A DNA stretch of 64,000 bases from Candidatus Bathyarchaeota archaeon (GTDB taxonomy: Archaea; Thermoproteota; Bathyarchaeia; Bathyarchaeales; Bathycorpusculaceae), in NCBI GenBank assembly GCA_963739305.1, contig CAVTZU010000020.1, positions 86,043 through 150,042 on the forward strand, read 5' to 3'. Within the stretch, counting starts at the first letter, position 1; every line of letters begins with the position of its first letter. The position numbers and the translations under genes are program-made. Shown here one piece after another: positions 38,385-50,745 of this stretch. Below the pieces are notes generated by a model that was not told the DNA's origin, did no database searches, and saw nothing but the letters and a program-made list of their open reading frames with translations.

Positions 38385-41282
38385 TCATGGGTAGTGTTGG
38401 TTGAAGTGGTTCGCGAGGATTATGGCGTCGTAGATGTCGATTGCGTTGTCGCTGTTGATGTCGGCGTTGGCATTCCAGTGCGAATTGCCCGGGTTGGTGT
38501 TGAAACCGCCTGCAAGCGTTATCGCGTCGTAAATGTCGACGATTCCGTCGCCGTTGAGGTCGCCTGGAACAGTCACTTTAACAATTCCGCCTGTGAAGTT
38601 GTTGTTCGCCATGTTGGTTTCACCTGGAACAGGCCAAGCATAAGCACTCAACGTGTAGTTGCCATACGCAAGGCCCAGGGTGTTCCACGTGAACGTGAGA
38701 ATCAACGGGCACATCGCCTGCAGGTTATTGATCTGCCGCGTGCCTAGCGCCTTATCGCTTGCGTAGCAGGTAACGTTGAACGTCTCAGCATATTCGCCGT
38801 CGTCGGCAACGACGACGGTCACATTACAGCTGAAGCCTTGTCCAATCCACCTCTTCGCAGTCAAAACGCTCATGACCGCGACGGAGTGGCCAGCTGCGGT
38901 GGTCCAAGGCTTCATGAGCGGATAACGGTCAGTGCTGTTGGTGGCAATTACGTAAGGTGTGTCTCCTATGCCGTCGGCTCCCGTCACGTTCTGGTACGGG
39001 CCACTCTTTTGGTCAACTCCAGAATACGTGCTCCAGTAGTTGCCGCCAGACGGGTAACCATCGTCCCACGCGTTGTTTCCCGTTGCCAACACCGTTATCT
39101 GTGCGGTGGCCAAAAAGTCGTTGTGGTAAATGACGTTTGCCGAATTTGCCACGTTCAACACGATTTGATTTCCAGATACAACGTTCTCATAGACCATGTT
39201 TCCGCTAGCCCCAACGTTAAGGGTCACGGTGGCTTGTGAGTTGATCATGTTGTCGTGTACGGTGTTGCCGACCGTGGAAGTTGCCAATTCAATTGGAGTC
39301 GGCGTGTCTTGGAACAGATTGTTGTAAATGGCGTTGTTGGTGGCTGTGCTTCCCTCAATCATGATTCCGGTGTCACCTAAAGAAGCGAATATGTTGCAGT
39401 AGATTCCGCAGTTGCTGGCGTTGACGACGGATACTCCCTCGTTGAAAGAGGTTATCACGATTCCTGTCACAACCGAGCCAGAGGCTCCAGACAGTAGGGT
39501 GATGCAGACTCCGGATCCTCCTCCGCTGAAGATGGGCGGGTCTTTTTCGCCTATTATCGTCAGCGTCTTGTTGACGGTCAGTGACTCGCTGTAGAAGCCC
39601 GAGGCGATTATGACGGTTGCTCCCGGTGGCGCAGCATTGATTGCTGCTTGAACGTCGTGTAGTTTTTGCTGTAATAGACAGGTCCGCCTGACGTTACAGT
39701 CAATATGGTGCTGCCGCTGCTTGGTATGTTGTTTGAGTCTCCACTGTAATAGGCGGCGATGGTCATGGAACCCGTGAAGTTGTCGGTGTACGTGGTGGAA
39801 CAGGTTCCGTTTGACAGGTTGCAAACGGACTGGTTGAAAAAGCCGGTGCTGCTGCTCGTGCTCCAAGTGACCGTGCCCGTGGGGTTAAACCCAGAGACGG
39901 TGGCGGTACAGGTAACGGGCGAGCCCCTAGAGACAGGGTTTGGTGAACAAAAGACGGACGTCAGAGATCCCGTCACCGAACCCAAAGCTTGCATAAGTGG
40001 ATAATGATCCTGATCCGTGTTGTTGCCGTTTATGCCGTAAGGCGTGTCTCCGATTCCGTCGCTGCCTGTTTCATTCTGATAGGGACCGCTGTACAAGTCC
40101 GTCCCAGCATAGCCACTCCAGAAGTTGCCGCCAGACGGGTAACCATTATCCCAAACATTAGTTGAGCCTGAAGAAGAAGTTTGACTGGTGTTGTTTACGA
40201 AGTTGTTATGGTAGATTATATTGTTAGAAGAAAAATGAAGTTCGATGCCATAATTGTTATTTGTTACGTTGTTTCCGCTAAAGCTGTTATTAGAAGAAGA
40301 ATCGAGATAGATGCCATCATCGGTGTTTGCTGTTATGTTATTTCCGACCACGTTATTATAGGAAGAATTTAAATCGAGCATGACGCCAGCATATCCGTTT
40401 GCTGCTATGTTGTTTCCGCTCAAGCTGTTATTAGATGAATAACCGATAGCGATGCCATTCAAGCTGTTTGCTTTTATGTTGTTTCCGACTATGCTGTTGG
40501 TGGAAGAAGAGCTGTTACCGAAAAGTGCTATTGTAGGGAAAGCGAGATTGATGCCATCCCCGTGTTTGCTGTTATGTTATTTCCGCCACGTTATTATAAG
40601 AAGAATAGAAATCGAGCCAGACGCCAGCAAATCCGTTTGCCATTATGATGTTTCCGCTCACGTTGCTATAAGAAGAAGACTCAAGCCCGATGCCACGGAT
40701 GTTGTTTAGTACTTTGTTTCCGAGTACTTTGTTATTAGAAGAAGAAGAGAGCCAGATGCCAGCAGTGTTATTTGTTATGTTGTTTCCGCTAAAGCTGTTA
40801 TTAGAAGAAGAATTGAGATAGATGCCATACCCGCTGTTTTCTGTTATGTTGTTTTCGTCCAAGCCGTTATTAGAGGAAGAAAGGAGGTAGATGCCATACC
40901 AGAATGCGGTGACTTTCATGTTTTCGATTATTATGTTGCTTCCTCCTGTCCATATTCCACAAGAGAGTGGATCGTTTATGCCCTGTAGCGTGTGGCCTGC
41001 TCCGTTTAATGCGATGTTGTTTCTTTGTATGATGATTGCGATATTGTCTGTTACGTTTCCTGTTATGTTGTCTGTTAACGTGTAGGTCACGTTGTCAACG
41101 CTGGAAATCGGTGCGGTTGGCGGGCTTATGCTTCCGTCGGCCTGTATGTAGATGGTTTGGGTCCATGTATAATCGGATTTGACTGGTTGAACGTTAAGCG
41201 CAACTATAAACAAGCCCGTTAACAGCATTCCGATTATTATTCCAGAAACAGTCTTCCTAAACAACCTAGCTCCTCCCTCCAA
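38385..41282 (-). CDS. Large secreted NosD beta-helix + Ig-like + CARDB + dockerin protein, split by frameshifts
   Basis: ORFs 40572-41282, 39608-40462 and 38385-39866 join: signal peptide, SSNN repeats, WDNGYPSGGN, C-terminal GDLNGDGIVDIYD x2. Confidence 0.8.
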
Positions 41283-41454
41283 GTACTATTCTGAGTGACA
41301 AACTATTATCTCTTGTGCGATTAACGGTTCATGAACACGTCATGTTTGATTCAAACTCGAAAAATATCGGATACAAAACAAGAGAGAAAAAAAGGAGTGT
41401 GCAGGGGAAGTGGAGATGTCGCAGCGCACGCGAGAATTAGGCGTTGAGCACGCA

Positions 41455-43017
41455 CTACTCGACATTTATTGCCGCTGTGCCGTACGTGCCTGTGATATCT
41501 CTTGTCGAAGTGTCGATGTTTATGTCACTGATTATGCTGTTGCCCATGTCCCTTCCTAAAGTCGGGTTAGGGTGCATTCCTGTGTAGTAGCTGTTGCACC
41601 AATCATAGTCCAATGCGCCGTTTATTCTAACGTGGTAGGTACCAGGTTGTGTTGGAGCCGTGAAAGAAAATGGAATAGTATGAAGGTTGTGTGAGGACGG
41701 TGAAGCAACGCCGGAATCCAGATTAGCTAATGCCACCGTTGGGTTCCAATCACCGAATGCTGAAGCCAGCCACACTGGCACATTCGTGGTTTCAAGCTCC
41801 CAGATCGATACTACCGCTTGCACCGTTTGTCCAGGTGAAACGGTGATAGATGTTTCATGCTCTGACGTGGCGCTGTTCATGTCAAGGTAGTCGAGTTGGA
41901 ACGGGTCTCCTCCGTCGCTTCCCCACTTGTACTCGTGGAATAATAGCCAAGCGGAATACAGATTGAGTTGATTGTTTCCTTGACCGACCGTAACCTGTTG
42001 GGAATCGGGTAACAGCGCGCCGTAGTGGGCTAGATCCGATGATTTAGCGCTGGCTACGGAACGAGCTAGGCAACCGCCATACTGAACCGTGTAAGTGCCA
42101 ACGCCGAGGCTGAAGGCGACGGTTCCGTCATCCCCAGATTGTCCCGATGCCACCAGATTTCCATCTCCATCGAAGACTTTGACCTTCACCTCCGCGAACT
42201 TCGTAAAACTATTGGCGCTTGCAGGCATAAACCCAGATTCGTCGAAAACCGTAACGTTCAAAGTTGCTTTCGAATTTGTCAATTCAAATACTTTGACGTC
42301 GTCAAAGTATGCTCTGAAGCCGGCCCAACCTTCAGCCAGCATTAGTGCTTCTATCTGGTTGGCGTCCTGTATTGCGATGTTTTGAGCCATCAACGTGTCG
42401 TCGATCCACACGTTGTATTCTCCGGCGGTTCTGTCGATTACCATGCGCACTTTGTACCATCGGTTCGCGTCATAGGGCATAAGCTTGACATTCACGGGTC
42501 CAAGATGAATTGGCTCAGTGTATATGTACCCGTCACTGGCAAAATAAACTCCTGCGAACCTCTTGCCCCACGCTTGACCCTCAAGGTTCCACATGCAGAT
42601 CGACGCAACATTGTCAGCGGACGCAACATTGCCCTCACATCTAACCCAAGCTTCATAACCAATCAAGCTGGAACTCGATGAAAACTTCCTCTGCACGTTC
42701 GCGCTCCAGCTAACCTGTCCCAAAAGCTGGAAGGACCTCGTTGGCGAATGGCTAACGCCGCCCGTCACCACCTGGTACTGCGTTCCCATCCCGTCCCAAA
42801 CAAGCTCCCATCCTCCGCCTGAAGGAAAAGTTCCAACGGCGTAGCTCTCGAAGTTGTCAGAGAATAACTTTCTTTCACTTTCCTCTGACTGTTTCACAAG
42901 TTCCACTCTCTCCGAGCCCAAGTAGCACCAACCGCACAGAAAACCGATAACGAAAACAGTGAGAATCAGAAGCACAGCCAAAACTATCTTCAATATTCTC
43001 CTCATAACTACACCCAC
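41455..43017 (-). CDS. Membrane-anchored extracellular protein (lectin/LamG-like + Ig-like domains)
   Basis: N-terminal TM; FSDNFESY, NRWYKVRMVID, YFDDVKV; FTAPTQPGTY. Confidence 0.7.
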   Translation of the reverse strand: MGVVMRRILKIVLAVLLILTVFVIGFLCGWCYLGSERVELVKQSEESERKLFSDNFESYAVGTFPSGGGWELVWDGMGTQYQVVTGGVSHSPTRSFQLLGQVSWSANVQRKFSSSSSLIGYEAWVRCEGNVASADNVASICMWNLEGQAWGKRFAGVYFASDGYIYTEPIHLGPVNVKLMPYDANRWYKVRMVIDRTAGEYNVWIDDTLMAQNIAIQDANQIEALMLAEGWAGFRAYFDDVKVFELTNSKATLNVTVFDESGFMPASANSFTKFAEVKVKVFDGDGNLVASGQSGDDGTVAFSLGVGTYTVQYGGCLARSVASAKSSDLAHYGALLPDSQQVTVGQGNNQLNLYSAWLLFHEYKWGSDGGDPFQLDYLDMNSATSEHETSITVSPGQTVQAVVSIWELETTNVPVWLASAFGDWNPTVALANLDSGVASPSSHNLHTIPFSFTAPTQPGTYHVRINGALDYDWCNSYYTGMHPNPTLGRDMGNSIISDINIDTSTRDITGTYGTAAINVE

Positions 43018-43169
43018 GAATCACTGCACACGGAATCAAATAATGCTAGAGAACAGAACAGACTGTTCTGAAACTCGAACAGCGTATGCCAGCGTTTTGC
43101 TTCCCCAAGCGCGCGCTAATTTTCTTCGCACGTGATATGCAAACCTTCGATTCAAGAAAAAAAAGGGGT

Positions 43170-46100
43170 TTAAAGTACAGTTTTGTTATAGTTGCCTGCC
43201 AGTATGATGGCGTCGTAGATGTCCACAATGCCGTCGTTGTTGATGTCTGTGTTAGGGTTCCAGTTTGGATCTCCTGGCTTAGAGTTGTATGCCCCCGCAA
43301 GTATGATGGCGTCGTAGATGTCAACAATGCCGTCACCGTTGACGTCGCCAGGCAGGCCCACGTAGATTGTGCCGCCCGTCAGGTTATTGTCCGCTGTGTC
43401 TGTTTCGCCGGGAACAGGCCAAGCATAAGCACTTAACGTGTAGTTGCCATAGGCAAAGCCAGTAGTGTTCCACAGGAACATGATTGTCGTAGAGTCGCCG
43501 GCCGATAAGGTAACGTCTTCTGATCCTATGATGGTTGCGTTGGCGAATGCTGTGACGTTGAAGGTTTCCGTGAAGAATCCTTGGTTTGCGACTGTGACGT
43601 TCATGCTGGCGCTGAAGCCTTGACCAACCGCAGTCTTAGAAGACGCAACATTAGTGACGGCCACATCTTGAGCGCCCACTATCGTGGATTCAATTGTGAC
43701 TCTATTGCTAAACCCGGTTGAAGTGAAATATATGAAGTAGTGGGTAACGTTTGTTGAAACTCCGCAGGATGTAGGCACACCGTCCAGGTAGACGCTGAAA
43801 GCTCCAGACATCAGCGTCGCCGGCATGGTGACGTTGCAGAACCCGTCGACCTCGCTTGTCACGTCAAAGCTGAACTGCCTGGAGACGCTGTTGAAGCTCC
43901 ACGTGTTAGATTTCACTATGTAGTCGCTGTAGACGGGCACAGTGAAGTTCGCGTTGTACGCGTGAACCTTGAGAGGCCAAGTCAGTGGAAACGGCGCCGG
44001 TATCTGACCTGGGTTAGCGCTTCCCCAATTAAACATGCGCGCGACCAAGTTTGCGTCAAACATGTCGATGACACCGTCTGCCATGATGTCTTCAGGAATC
44101 CAGCCGGGCGGTCCGGTCTTTCCAAACTTACCCGCGAGATCTATCGCATCCACCGACATCAACGAACCCGTTGCCGGTAAGGTCTTCCTTGCAGCTCACT
44201 CCGGTCAGGGTGCCTGCTGCTTGCACGTTGTTGGCTAGGTTGGTGTCCCGTGCGTTGCTGTTGATTGGCGATGTTTCGGCTGCTACTGCGTATGGGATGC
44301 CTGGGATGTTGCCAGCCAACGTGATGGTTGTACCGTCTGCACCACCAGAGCATGCTAGCGCTTGCGCTGCCAAGCGGCGCGAGAGCGATATACGTTCCGT
44401 TCGCGAACTGTTTGTTGCTGCCGGTTGTGTATGTTAAACCGACTGCCACATACAGAAGTGCGACGTTGACGTTGTTGTCATCCCTCGTTACGTGTAGGCT
44501 GTAGCTCCTTTTGTCTGGATTTGCGTTACCGTTGCCTATTCTCATTTGACCTTGGTAGACGTATGTGATTGCTGGCGTTGGGGTTGGTGGTGTGACTGTG
44601 CTGGTCATATCCACGTCCACGTTCTGGAGTGAGGACACGGACTTGTACAGGTCGTACGCGTAGAGTCCTGGGAACAGAGCGTTGTAGTACCAGCCTTGCA
44701 CCCAGTCTCTTGCGAACCTTCTGCCCACGGATTGAACCAGCGGCAGCGTTATCGCGTCGTTGTAGAATCTTGCCTGCAAGTCTAGGTAGTCTAATCTACG
44801 TTGAGTGATGTTTGGCTCGATCATTGCCGCGTTGATTTCCGCGTCAATTATGTCCTGGTCAGCTGGGAACGGAGGTCCCTGTGCAAGCGGGAAGTTACCC
44901 GTTGACTGCATATAAGGCTGCGCGAAGTCGTGTGGGTCAGCAAAGTCTGCGAACCAGCCTAGAGCGTATGCGGGCATGAACATCGAGGTCCTAGCGTCTG
45001 AGAACACTGACGTATCTAAGCCTACTACGTTGCACTTGTACTTTGATCCCAGAGACTGGAAAGCGTCGGCAATCATCTGTAACGCGATTCTTCTCTGCTC
45101 GTTGCCACTATTGTATATCAGAGTCGTTTCGAATCCTGCCGAACTGACGTTAACGCCGTCAATCACAGCTAAGTTCAACTCGTCCTGCATTTGAGTGTAG
45201 TCAAGGTTGCGCAGAGTCAGTGGTGTGTTCTTGAAGAATGGTGGACTCAAGCCGTCTACCCACCATGAGGCTTGTTGCAGTCCTTCACCGAAGTACGCTT
45301 GCGCTATGTACTGCGTGTAGTTCAGCGCCCATGCGAAGGCTTTTCTGACGTGCTCATTCGCGAAGAACAATGGTTTAGCTGCCCCTTGGTGAGTTGGGTA
45401 TCCTACGTAGGATTGGTAGGAACTTGCTGCCGAGACGTTCATGCAGAAGAACATCATGTCGTTGCTTAATTGAGCAATGTTGTAGACCAGGTTGATATAT
45501 GGGGCAGGTGTGATACGCGTCGCGTCATCAAGAGGTCAAACATGTTGGCCCTCGGAACGACTGCGACGTCGAATTCACCTTCAAGGAACAACATTTTCCT
45601 CGTCGGCCACGAATCAATACCTTTCTCGATAACGATCGTCACGTGGTTTCCAGCCCATCCACCCCAGTATGATGAGCCGTCACCCGCGTTTGCTGAGTTC
45701 CATGCGTCGATTCTCCAGATCTGGTTCGTCTGGTCCCATGACGTGAAAAGGTATGGGCCTGTGCCCATGATCTCGTTCACGTGCTTTGCGTAGCTCGGAA
45801 ACTTTGAGCCTCCAACTGAACCGTAGATTGCGGGGTCTTTCCATGCGTCAATTTCACTGCGTGTGACTGTTGGTTTCCAGTGCCAGAGGTTAGTCCAGCC
45901 GGCTGCGAACTGCCCGTTCCATCCACCACGTTCCATGACCCATTCTGGCTCGATTATGCAGCCCCAGGTTTGTGCGAAAATCTGGTTGAGCACGCCTTGA
46001 GCCCATGGTTGCTGGAAGTGGAAACTCACGTCGTTAGCGCCTGGTCCTGGATAGCACCAACTCTGAATCTGTGCGGCGGCAGCGGCTTCGTCTGCTGGGT

Positions 46101-46749
46101 TCTTGAATGTTCCGTCGGGGTAGGTACTGTATGGACCATTGACCGCTTCTGTGCTCCAGCCCATTATGCCGAAGGCGGGTTCAAACCACATCCATGTGGG
46201 TCCGTAGCGTGAATCGTAGACCATTTGTCTCTGGAACGAGTAGATAACGTCGGACGCTTTGAGGTTGCGCGAAGGAATAATGCTGCCGTTGGCCGCAGTC
46301 CACGGTTGGAATCTGGCTGCCGTGTTGATGGTGAACGTGTAGTATTCTCCAGTCTCAGGATCGCCAGCCGTGTAGTTGAAAAAAATCATCGGCAGCGCCG
46401 TGGCCAACACTGGCGAGTAGCTGTCGACGTCAGCGTAGTCTGCAAGCGTCAGGTTGTATCCAACACCAGGGGTGAAGCTGATTACGTGCTTGTCATTCCA
46501 CCAAATCAGCGTCTGTGCAACGTTCTGTATCAACTCGCCGCTCGCTGTGTCGTAGGCACGAGCTGGGTCCATCCTTGCGGGTTGACCTATCGTACCAACA
46601 TAATAAGCGCTTGTGTTAATTGGTGGTTGCGTTGACAATACTGGAATAACCGTGAATATGCTTGTCACTAGTAAGCACGCTGTAATTATGGTTATCAATT
46701 TTAGATTGATCGATCTCTCCCTATTTCCTTCGAGTGTTCTTTTCGACAA
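43170..46749 (-). CDS. Family-5 (OppA/DppA-like) solute-binding protein fused to dockerin-CARDB-dockerin, split by frameshifts
   Basis: MDPARAYD, GTGPY, VRKAFAWA, GWFADFADP; C-terminal DVNGDGIVDIYD dockerin; junctions near 45500 and 44340. Confidence 0.8.
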
Positions 46750-46989
46750 TTAATAATCCCCAGATCCAATTGTATTTTCCATATAGATAAAACCTGTGAA
46801 ACATTGTTCTATCACAGAACACACGGAATCATGGTTGAATCATTTGAATCAGAAGAGCACGTTCCATGGCAATTTAGAGAATGATTTTACGACAGCTCCC
46901 CAAAAGGGTATTGCCCGGGAGATCGAGGCGCGCGCTTGCCACAAATCTTTTATGATTTTCAACGATCAGTAATCTCATACGCATTGTTG

Positions 46990-48582
46990 AGAACGAAGGT
47001 GTCCGTGAAAGTGAAAACTGACATAATAATCCAGGAAATAGCGTCAGGTTTCCTGATAGCGTTAGTGGCGTTTTCAATCATGGCCACGGCATGTGCAAGA
47101 ATGCGTCCCCTCGAAGGCGCAACATTCCCCGTTGGCACTTATGTTATTCCAATGGACGAGAAACAGAACGCGCTGAAGCCAGGAGACGTCACGGTTTTCG
47201 GCTTCATCTGGGCAATTCTTAACGACGGCGCCAACATAAACAGAATCATCGAACCATCCGACGTCACACTAAACACAACGACCAACCCCAACGGAACCGT
47301 CTACTCTGGAGGAGTAATCCTTGTCGACGCGTCATATGGAACAATAATCACTGCTCAGAAGGCCAACTTCTCAACAGTCGTAGTTGACACATTAACGGAA
47401 GCGTTCACTTCCAACAAAATCTTATTCGTCGATAAACCCACGAGAATCCTAGTTATCCGAGGATTCAAGGAGTTTGGCCACACAGAACTCACCCTCGACT
47501 GGATGAAAATACCCTACACCATCAAGAACGCAAGCGAGGTTCAAAGCAGCCCTGCTATGCTACTTGATTATGATCTGGTCGTTGACGACTGCGAGGGTTT
47601 TCAGGGATACGTGATGAATGACGTGCGAACAAACATGACGGCGCTGGCAAGCAACGGTGGCGAACTCATTTTCACCGACATCGCACTTCAAGACATAACG
47701 TCCGCGTTCCCAGGCTACGTACACGTCGTCTATGGTAACACGCAAAACTGGACGGACAACGTGAACATCTATAATCCACCGATCAACTTTTCAGCAGAAT
47801 ACCCAAGCCAATACTCAGCCACCTTCCCTTCAACGATAAAAATCCACTCAATGGGCGGAATGTACGTAGTTGACAACGTTTCAAGACCAGCCGACGTAAG
47901 AGTACTCATGGATACAACCGTCTTCAATTACAGTTACACTCCCCCTGCCCCTTCTCATTATGCTGTCTTAGGTTTCTACTTCCCATACGGAAACGGGCTG
48001 GTCGAAGGATTTGCCTATCACCCGTTCGAACAAACAGAATCCCTCACGGGTGATCCAAACTCCTACGTGTGCGCCGCCATCCTATACGGAAACAAGTTTG
48101 TCACCGCAGTTCCACCACCCAGCATATACGCCTCCGACGCCGTAGGAAACGAGAAGAACCAATTCAACCTGGACGAAACCGTTTACGCAACAGTCAAGGC
48201 AACGGGTCAGAGAGTAAGACTGTACGTGGTGCCTGATCAAACGACATGGACGACTGGCGACAACCTCACAGACGTCTCAAGCGATGGATTCGAAGAAATA
48301 AGCCTAAACGCCAACGGAACCCAAACCGGACCACTGTGGCATCCTCCCCTGACACCAGGGAACTACGACATCGTTGAAGACGCCAACCGCAACGGAAAAT
48401 ACGATCAGGGAATAGACGCAGTGGACTCAATTACCCTAGTAGGATTCACTGCAGTCCCTGAACTCTCTATCGGAATCGCCATGATAATCACCCTAGCCAG
48501 CACGGCAGCCACCTTAATAGCATCCCGAAAAATCAAACAATCTACGCACCTGCGCGGGCGGCTGACGCATCAACGTTCGTGA
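46990..48582 (+). CDS. Secreted surface protein with C-terminal VPEL + TM (PEF-CTERM-like) anchor
   Basis: Signal-like segment, GTYVIPMD, C-terminal AVPELSIGIAMIITL + basic tail; start approximate. Confidence 0.65.
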   Translation, partial: RTKVSVKVKTDIIIQEIASGFLIALVAFSIMATACARMRPLEGATFPVGTYVIPMDEKQNALKPGDVTVFGFIWAILNDGANINRIIEPSDVTLNTTTNPNGTVYSGGVILVDASYGTIITAQKANFSTVVVDTLTEAFTSNKILFVDKPTRILVIRGFKEFGHTELTLDWMKIPYTIKNASEVQSSPAMLLDYDLVVDDCEGFQGYVMNDVRTNMTALASNGGELIFTDIALQDITSAFPGYVHVVYGNTQNWTDNVNIYNPPINFSAEYPSQYSATFPSTIKIHSMGGMYVVDNVSRPADVRVLMDTTVFNYSYTPPAPSHYAVLGFYFPYGNGLVEGFAYHPFEQTESLTGDPNSYVCAAILYGNKFVTAVPPPSIYASDAVGNEKNQFNLDETVYATVKATGQRVRLYVVPDQTTWTTGDNLTDVSSDGFEEISLNANGTQTGPLWHPPLTPGNYDIVEDANRNGKYDQGIDAVDSITLVGFTAVPELSIGIAMIITLASTAATLIASRKIKQSTHLRGRLTHQRS

Positions 48583-48641
48583 CGTTAACCATGGTGACAT
48601 CGGCGGCCCTAGTCGCCTAAGGCTCAAATTGGAACGCAATT

Positions 48642-49280
48642 CTATGTTGAGCGCGGAGTCCACGCTATGTTCACAGCAACACCCAAAGCCTCAATGTGAA
48701 GCGCACGCGCACCAGGCTTCACGCGCCGCGTAAAAGACATCGACATCCCGAAGTGACCCTGAAAGAGAGATTTGACAACGGTTTCAAGCGAATTCACAAT
48801 CGCCTTCTCCAACTGTAGCAACGCCCTGCAAAACGGCCAAAAACACGTGAAGAACTCCGAAGATCGCGATGTCAGCTCAGACATGAGAAGACTGTTCGCG
48901 ACCGTTAGGCTGGATTCTGTGAGGGAAAACATAGACACTATTTGCACCGCCACCCAACAGTGAGTTTGAAAAACAGCCCTACAACAACCCCGTAACTTTT
49001 CAGCCAAAAGCTCAATCACTGAGCGTTGATGAACCTTCGTTGTGTCGCGTCGAACCGTTGAGGGCTTCGGTTTTAGGCTGGGCGTCTCCACCAGAAGGCT
49101 CTCAAGAGAGGCGTGTCGCTCCCTGCCTCTGACCGTTCTTGGGTCTGATGCCTTGTCTTTGAAGAGCATGCACTCCAGTGATTTCTGGCACGCTACGCAA
49201 TCGTCCGGTATCTCTACGCCCTTTGAACGCTCGCTCAAGTAGCCAAAATGTTGTTTACAGTTCAGAGGCTGAGCGTTCAA
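48642..49280 (-). CDS. Protein with N-terminal C-x2-HFGYL...CxxC...C zinc-binding domain; C-terminal extent doubtful
   Basis: NCKQHFGYLSERSKGVEIPDDCVACQKSLECM. Confidence 0.4.
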   Translation of the reverse strand: MNAQPLNCKQHFGYLSERSKGVEIPDDCVACQKSLECMLFKDKASDPRTVRGRERHASLESLLVETPSLKPKPSTVRRDTTKVHQRSVIELLAEKLRGCCRAVFQTHCWVAVQIVSMFSLTESSLTVANSLLMSELTSRSSEFFTCFWPFCRALLQLEKAIVNSLETVVKSLFQGHFGMSMSFTRRVKPGARALHIEALGVAVNIAWTPRST

Positions 49281-49588
49281 ACAGTTTCCCCGACAAACAA
49301 TGTCATATCTTAATATTTAATACTCTCTTCCTATTCCACAATGTATCAAAACACGAAATATCCACGCAGGCTTCCTTCAGAACACTCAACCCAAGAACCC
49401 GCTGGCACATCGTCCAGAGCATTCATCTCCGAGGACCACAACCGTGAAGAAACGCTCCAAAAAAAGCCCACGAAATCACGATTTCAAGCGTTAGGCCACG
49501 ATAACGAGGAATCGTGTATTCTTGTTAAACATCAATACGGAAACGTTTATTATATCTCACGATTTCTGATAGGCCGTCGGCGAAAAAC

Positions 49589-50029
49589 ATGTCCATGGAA
49601 AAAATGGTCGCAGGAACCGGCATCGCGGTCGCAATAATAGTGATGATGACCACTGGCCTGGCGCTCCTTCAGTCCAGCACAACGGTCACTCACAGCGGAA
49701 CAATCCAAACATTGAACGTTGGCGTCTATTCAGACAGCGCCTGCACACAAACTCTGTCCCTCGTGAACTGGGGCGTCCTCAGTCCCGGAACATCAGCCAG
49801 CAGGACCATCTACGTCAAGAACACAGGAAACGCGCTAGAAACGCTAAACATGACGGTCACATCGTGGAACCCGTCTGCCGCTTCATCATACATTACGCTG
49901 ACTTGGAATCAACAAAACGCACAGCTCGCACCGGGATACAATGTTCCAGCGCTCTTGGTTCTTTCAGTCTCAACCGGCGTCACCGGCTTCACCGACTTCA
50001 ACTGCACAACGATAATCAGCGGACAATAA
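49589..50029 (+). CDS. Secreted Ig-like protein (possible TasA/bundling-pilin-like subunit)
   Basis: Signal peptide, then SGTIQTLNVGVYSD...VNWGVLSPG...IYVKNTGN; TATA-like TTTATTATAT upstream. Confidence 0.7.
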   Translation: MSMEKMVAGTGIAVAIIVMMTTGLALLQSSTTVTHSGTIQTLNVGVYSDSACTQTLSLVNWGVLSPGTSASRTIYVKNTGNALETLNMTVTSWNPSAASSYITLTWNQQNAQLAPGYNVPALLVLSVSTGVTGFTDFNCTTIISGQ

Positions 50030-50745
50030 GATCACGATAACCCAAGTCGCCAAAATGCTCCTTCTTTTTCATCCCAACCAGCGACTCCACTGCAGGCAAC
50101 CTGTACAGAATCCGTCCGCTTAACTTGAGCTTGCAAATGATGATTCGCCGAACGTTCAGTTCAGAAGCCACTGTTGATCATATTTCTAATTAACGCAAAG
50201 AAACCTTTATGTATGTCCAATAATATTATAATTATCTAGACAGATAAGAATCGAGCAGAAGGGACATCAAACGGGTAAAGTTCATGTTGTCTTACAGAAT
50301 CGTCATCCGTTTAGAAAAGCGGCAGCGACTGAAGAAGAGAGAGACGATTGGGTCTTCAAGAACCTGACTAAGGAACAGCTCAAATCGTCAGGCATAATTC
50401 AATGACGACACGTAACGCGGGCGCTAGGACCAGTCACATTTTGTGAGTATTCCCAGCGTGTTCGCTACGTGCGTCGACCCTTATAGGCACTTCACGGTTA
50501 CTTTCTTTTCGAGGTGCAAAAACATGCAGAAAGAATATGAAAGAGAAAGAAACTGGATGGAAATATACGAGAAAGAGATACGTCGACTCCCAGCGTAAAA
50601 ACCATCCATCCACCTTTTGTTTTAGTCCCAGTTCTTCCCAGAACTTTCCTATATAGTCGAACACCGCAAACCATTTTCGCGTGTGCACGCCCAGCAAGCG
50701 CGAAAATGCTAAATACGTCCTGAGGTCAACCGTGTTAACGAGAAG

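Noticed and set aside
40230-40900. Repeated TGTTATGTTGTTTCCGCT...GCTGTTATTAGAAGAAG segments as DNA repeats or DGR template/variable regions
   Set aside because: They are coding repeats of the NosD beta-helix, and there is no reverse transcriptase in the window.
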